This document shows, piece by piece, positions 60,083-64,000 of a stretch of DNA of 64,000 bases. Under the pieces are notes generated by a model, which was given only the letters and a program-made list of their open reading frames with translations, had not been told where the DNA came from and did not search any database. A program made the translations under genes and the position numbers. Origin of the DNA: Anaerolineales bacterium (GTDB lineage Bacteria; Chloroflexota; Anaerolineae; Anaerolineales; UBA11579); NCBI GenBank assembly GCA_040902205.1, contig JBBDXR010000014.1:52166-116165 (forward strand). Direction: 5' to 3'. Every line of letters starts with the position of its first letter. The stretch's first letter is position 1.

Positions 60083-61099
60083 CTACTTGTTTACCGTAGG
60101 CAGGTCAAGCAGCAACACTTCCAGGGCCAGGCGGGCATTTATATTGGTATTCAATTGCTCCAGTGTCCGTTCGAGCGCAGCCACGCCCTGCTGGACGGCC
60201 GCCAGACCCAGAGAATCCGCCAGGGAGTTGATGCGCTCGGCCCGGTCGGGATTCGAAAGCGCGGCAACGCCAGTCCCATCCGCGGTTAGGCCGCCGGCTC
60301 GTAAGAGCACGTCGCGCCAAAAGGAGAGCCAGACCAGTAACTGGGAGCGAAGCTTTTCGCGATCTTTGGCAGCCTTCTCGGCAAAGGCAAAACGCTGCAC
60401 GCGGCCCGCGGGCAATAGTTGCTCGCAGTCGGCCAGCCATTGGGAGCGTTGTTCCAAAGCGCCGGGATCACCGTGCAGGCGGATGGCCGCTCCGGGCAGC
60501 CCCCCACTTAGGCTGGCGAGCAAGTTTGCGTGTGCTTGATCGACCTTCAGACTCTCGGCCAGTTCAGCGGCCAAGGGTCCGATGGACATGGGGCGCAAGC
60601 GAATCACTTCACAGCGTGAGACGATGGTCTCCGGCAAGCTGTCCACGTCCGGCGCGGTGATGCAGAGCAGCACGCTGGGATTCGGTTCTTCTAATGTTTT
60701 CAACAGCGCGTTGGCGGCTTCTTCGTTGGCTTGCTGGAAGTCACGCAGCAAGGCGATCTGGAAACGGGCTTCCAAAGGTGTGCGCGAGAGCTGGCGGCTT
60801 AATTCGCGCACTGCAGCCACTTTGATCTCGCGGTCGCCCTCCTGAAGTTCGAGGAGTAAAAGGTCGGGATGCTGCATGCGGGAAAAGCCTTTGCAGGCGC
60901 GGCACGCGCCGCAGAATTCCCCCAACGCCGGCGGGTTAGTGCAATTCAGCGCCTGAGCCAGGCGCAAGGCCAGTGTGCGTTTGCCAACGCCGGCCGGCCC
61001 GGTGAATAAGTAAGCGTGGCGCAGGCGCTTGGCGGCCAGCTGCCCCACCAGCAACTGCACCGCCCACTGGTGCCCGAGCAAATCCCAGTTAGCGGCCAT
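60083..61099 (-). CDS. holB: DNA polymerase III delta' subunit
   Basis: HAYLFTGPAGVGK, CGACRAC, HPD, ANALLKTLEEP, TIVSRC. Confidence 0.92.
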   Translation of the reverse strand: MAANWDLLGHQWAVQLLVGQLAAKRLRHAYLFTGPAGVGKRTLALRLAQALNCTNPPALGEFCGACRACKGFSRMQHPDLLLLELQEGDREIKVAAVRELSRQLSRTPLEARFQIALLRDFQQANEEAANALLKTLEEPNPSVLLCITAPDVDSLPETIVSRCEVIRLRPMSIGPLAAELAESLKVDQAHANLLASLSGGLPGAAIRLHGDPGALEQRSQWLADCEQLLPAGRVQRFAFAEKAAKDREKLRSQLLVWLSFWRDVLLRAGGLTADGTGVAALSNPDRAERINSLADSLGLAAVQQGVAALERTLEQLNTNINARLALEVLLLDLPTVNK

Positions 61100-61680
61100 C
61101 AGGGTCCGGCGAAGTGAACCTTATCGGCGTAGATGGTGAGCACATGTTTGTCGCCATTGGTGATCGTGAAGCTGCCGTTCATCGTTTTCTTTTCGAGGCG
61201 CACGCGGTAAGTATAAGTACCTTCCGGCAAAATCAGCGTCAGGCCGTTTTTGATTTGGTATTCCTGGTGCACAGGCGAGAGGAGGGTAAAGGTAATTTCA
61301 TCCTCGCCACTTTGATTGGAGATTTGCAGCGGCGCGTTCTGGTCGGCCTTGTCGGCTTGGGCGGTGCCCAGTTGCGTGGATTCCATCTGGCCGTACGGCG
61401 TCCAGGTAGGCGCGAACGTGGCGGTAAATGTCGCGGAAGGTTCGAGGGTCGGGGTGTCGCTGGCGAGAGGAGACGGAGTCGGCGAAGGTTCCGGCGTTGA
61501 GGTCGGCACGCTGGTGTTGGTGGGAAGGGCGGCCAGAGTGATGGCCACTGCGGTGCCTGCCAGGTCGTGCGCGGTGGCCTGTGCATCTGCCGCATTCAAG
61601 CCGCCAGCCGCGCAGGCGGCCAGGAAGATGGAAAGAAGAGAAGTCAGCAGAATAATCCGTCCGCCGATGTTGCGAAGCAT
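61099..61680 (-). CDS. Thr/Pro-rich lipoprotein
   Basis: Lipobox LAAC, PT-rich linker, small beta domain. Confidence 0.7.
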   Translation of the reverse strand: MLRNIGGRIILLTSLLSIFLAACAAGGLNAADAQATAHDLAGTAVAITLAALPTNTSVPTSTPEPSPTPSPLASDTPTLEPSATFTATFAPTWTPYGQMESTQLGTAQADKADQNAPLQISNQSGEDEITFTLLSPVHQEYQIKNGLTLILPEGTYTYRVRLEKKTMNGSFTITNGDKHVLTIYADKVHFAGP

Positions 61681-61783
61681 GATTAATGGAAGTGCCTTTC
61701 CAATCAAGAGATACAAAGAAATAAGCCTGGCCCTCATTGTACCGAGTCCCAGGCTTTTCTCTTCTTCTTAGTTCGAATTTGTC

Positions 61784-62374
61784 TTAGCGTTTCTTTTTCT
61801 TTGGTTTGGCCTTCGCCTTTTTGGCTTTGGCCTTTGGCTTCGCCTTAGCTTTTGGCTTCGCCTTGGCCTTGGCTGCCTTCTTGGGCTTCGCCTTAGCCTT
61901 GGCTTTCGCCTTCGGCTTAGCTTTGGGCTTGGCCGCGGGTTTGGCTGCCGGCTTGGGGGCTGCTTTGGCGACGGGTTTCACCGACGCCGGCAAGGCCACA
62001 GGCGCCACCGCCAAAGAAGTAGGTGCCGGCTTGGCAGGCATGGCCGCCGCGGGGGTGAATGCCGGTTTCGGCGCAGGGGTGGCGGTTGGCGCAGCCCCCA
62101 TAGAAGGCGCCTTCACCGCGACATCCGCTTCCACCATGAACACCTCGTCCCCTTCGCGCACACGGTCCTTGACCAGGATAGCTACGTCGTCGCCAGGCCA
62201 GGCCGTCTCCACATCGTTGTGGTCGATCTGCATCGAAGTGACCTTCTCAACGAGATCAGTGGTCGCCCCTAAGATGTGGACTTCGTCCCCGGTCTTAAGC
62301 TGGGCCGAGAGTTTTAGCACGGCCGCACTGGGACCGGCAAAGAAATGGGTTACTTCGCCTACTTTGCGTTCCAT
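61784..62374 (-). CDS. Translation-factor-like beta-barrel fused to a histone H1-like Lys/Ala/Pro tail
   Basis: VGEVTHFF...LKTGDEVHI...SMQID...VREGDEV followed by KPKAKAKAK repeats; RBS GGAGG. Confidence 0.78.
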   Translation of the reverse strand: MERKVGEVTHFFAGPSAAVLKLSAQLKTGDEVHILGATTDLVEKVTSMQIDHNDVETAWPGDDVAILVKDRVREGDEVFMVEADVAVKAPSMGAAPTATPAPKPAFTPAAAMPAKPAPTSLAVAPVALPASVKPVAKAAPKPAAKPAAKPKAKPKAKAKAKAKPKKAAKAKAKPKAKAKPKAKAKKAKAKPKKKKR

Positions 62375-62480
62375 GATTAGACCTCCGGATACTCCGATTC
62401 CTCTTCCCAATATACAGGCTATGAACCGCCCGTCAAGTAGTCTATATTATACGGCTGTTCTATAAAGTACAATCCCTTGC

Positions 62481-64000
62481 ATGGCCGACTTGTCAAGCGG
62501 GCTAAATCCCCAGCAGCAGCAGGCTTTGACGGCCGGTTTAGGGCCTGTTTTGGTGCTGGCTGGGCCTGGATCAGGCAAAACCAGGGTGCTTACGCACCGG
62601 ATTGCCTACCTGGTCAGCCAATTGGGGGTGCAGCCTTACCACATCCTTGCGGTAACTTTCACAAACAAGGCGGCCAGGGAGATGTCCTCCCGGGTAGAAA
62701 GCCTGTTGGGCGGCAAACCGCGCGGCCTTAGCCTGGGCACCTTCCACTCCATCTGCGCCCGTCTGCTGCGGGTGGAGGCAGCTTCACTCCCCTTTAACCA
62801 GAATTTCGTCATTTACGACGCGGATGACCAGGTCAGCCTGGTGCGCAACGCTATCCGCGAGTTCAACATCGATCCCAAGATGCATCCGCCCACGGGGGTG
62901 CACGCCCGCATCTCGCAGGCTAAGAACGAGCTGCTGCTGCCCGAAGATCTGCCGGTTAACAGCTACCGGGATGAGATCGTGGTGCGCGTGTACCAGCGCT
63001 ACCAGCAGATGCTGCTGGCCAGCAACGCGGTGGATTTCGACGACCTGTTGTTGTGGACGGCCAAGCTGCTGGAAGACAACGTGGAGGTGCGCAAGAAATA
63101 CGCGCAGCGCTTCGAGCATGTGCTGGTCGATGAATTCCAGGACACCAACCAGGCCCAGTATGTGTTGCTCAAGCACCTGGCGTCCTTTCACAAGAACCTC
63201 TACGTGGTGGGTGACACGGACCAGTCCATCTACCGCTGGCGCGGCGCGGATTACCGCAATGTGCTGCGCTTCGAAAACGATTATCCGAACGCGAAGGTGA
63301 TCCTGCTGGAACAGAATTACCGTTCCACGCAGCGCATCCTGGACGTGGCCATGGCGGTCATCGATCGCAACCCGCACCGCACGCGCAAGCAGCTGTTCAC
63401 CCAGCGCGGCCAGGGTGAAAAGATCCGGCTGCATCTGGCGCTTAACGAAGCCGAGACCGGCCGCTATATCGTGGAACAGATCTCCAGCGCCGTGGCGCAG
63501 AACAAAGCCAACCCGGGGGATTTCGCCATCATGTACCGGGTGAATGCCCAATCGCGCGTGATCGAAGAAGCCTTCCTGCAAGCCAATTTGCCTTACAAGC
63601 TGGTTGGCGCCCTGCGCTTCTATGGCCGTCGCGAGGTGCGCGATGTATTGGGCTATTTGCGCCTGGCTTACAATACCAGCGACGAGGCCAGCCTGGGCCG
63701 CGTGATCAATGTGCCGCCGCGGCGCATCGGCATCAAGTCGCAGGCCGCGCTGCGCACCGTGGCGCTGGCGCAGAAGACCACGCCCGGCCTGCTGTTGATG
63801 CGCCTGGGAGACAATCCGCAGGATCCATTGTTCTCCAGCATCCCGTCGCTGGCACTGCAATCCATGGCCCCGCTGGGAAAAATGCTGGCGAAATGGCACA
63901 GCATGGCAGCCACTGTCGAACCCATGGAGCTGATGGACCGCATCCTGGCGGATGTGGATTATCACGATTATTTGTTGGCCGACGCGAGCGAGGAAGAAGG
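62481..64000 (+). CDS. pcrA: ATP-dependent DNA helicase PcrA/UvrD, running off the 3' edge (absent from the ORF track)
   Basis: MADLSSGLNPQQ...VLAGPGSGKTRVLTHR, AVTFTNKAA, GTFH, VDEFQDTN, GDTDQSIY, LEQNYRST. Confidence 0.95.
   Translation, partial: MADLSSGLNPQQQQALTAGLGPVLVLAGPGSGKTRVLTHRIAYLVSQLGVQPYHILAVTFTNKAAREMSSRVESLLGGKPRGLSLGTFHSICARLLRVEAASLPFNQNFVIYDADDQVSLVRNAIREFNIDPKMHPPTGVHARISQAKNELLLPEDLPVNSYRDEIVVRVYQRYQQMLLASNAVDFDDLLLWTAKLLEDNVEVRKKYAQRFEHVLVDEFQDTNQAQYVLLKHLASFHKNLYVVGDTDQSIYRWRGADYRNVLRFENDYPNAKVILLEQNYRSTQRILDVAMAVIDRNPHRTRKQLFTQRGQGEKIRLHLALNEAETGRYIVEQISSAVAQNKANPGDFAIMYRVNAQSRVIEEAFLQANLPYKLVGALRFYGRREVRDVLGYLRLAYNTSDEASLGRVINVPPRRIGIKSQAALRTVALAQKTTPGLLLMRLGDNPQDPLFSSIPSLALQSMAPLGKMLAKWHSMAATVEPMELMDRILADVDYHDYLLADASEEE

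Noticed and set aside
61784-61960. Tandem-like DNA repeats as a CRISPR array or VNTR
   Set aside because: They are coding low-complexity Lys/Ala repeats with no spacers and no cas genes.

Overview
GC-rich bacterial chromosomal segment. Gene content (short IF2, DUF3048 lipoproteins, class D-like sortase, MSMEG_4193/DUF3090/SCO1664 triad, Thr/Pro-rich lipoproteins) suggests Chloroflexota, probably Anaerolineae; this is an inference. Most of the window is housekeeping: rarA, the nusA-ylxR-infB-rbfA-DHH-truB-ribF operon lacking rimP, thyA-folA, a heterodimeric ABC exporter, a CCA-adding enzyme, acnA, surE, a TPP-riboswitch-led thiamine operon, nth, class 3 asparaginase, a GAF/PAS histidine kinase, holB and a 5'-partial pcrA. 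I found no CRISPR array, rRNA, tRNA, integrase, transposase or reverse transcriptase. The most unusual signals are small-scale: (1) a TPP riboswitch with an extra helix in J2/4; (2) two gene termini present twice around short hairpin elements, one copy synonymously recoded; (3) 8-bp-period inverted-repeat elements, one in frame inside a CDS; (4) a candidate sRNA with anti-Shine-Dalgarno loops; (5) a membrane glycosyltransferase-like gene split by an AT-rich insert, next to an AT-rich trypsin-like gene; (6) a frameshifted hicA; (7) a Cys/His-rich DUF1573-CcdA cluster upstream of nusA. All calls come from reading motifs by eye, and no searches were run.
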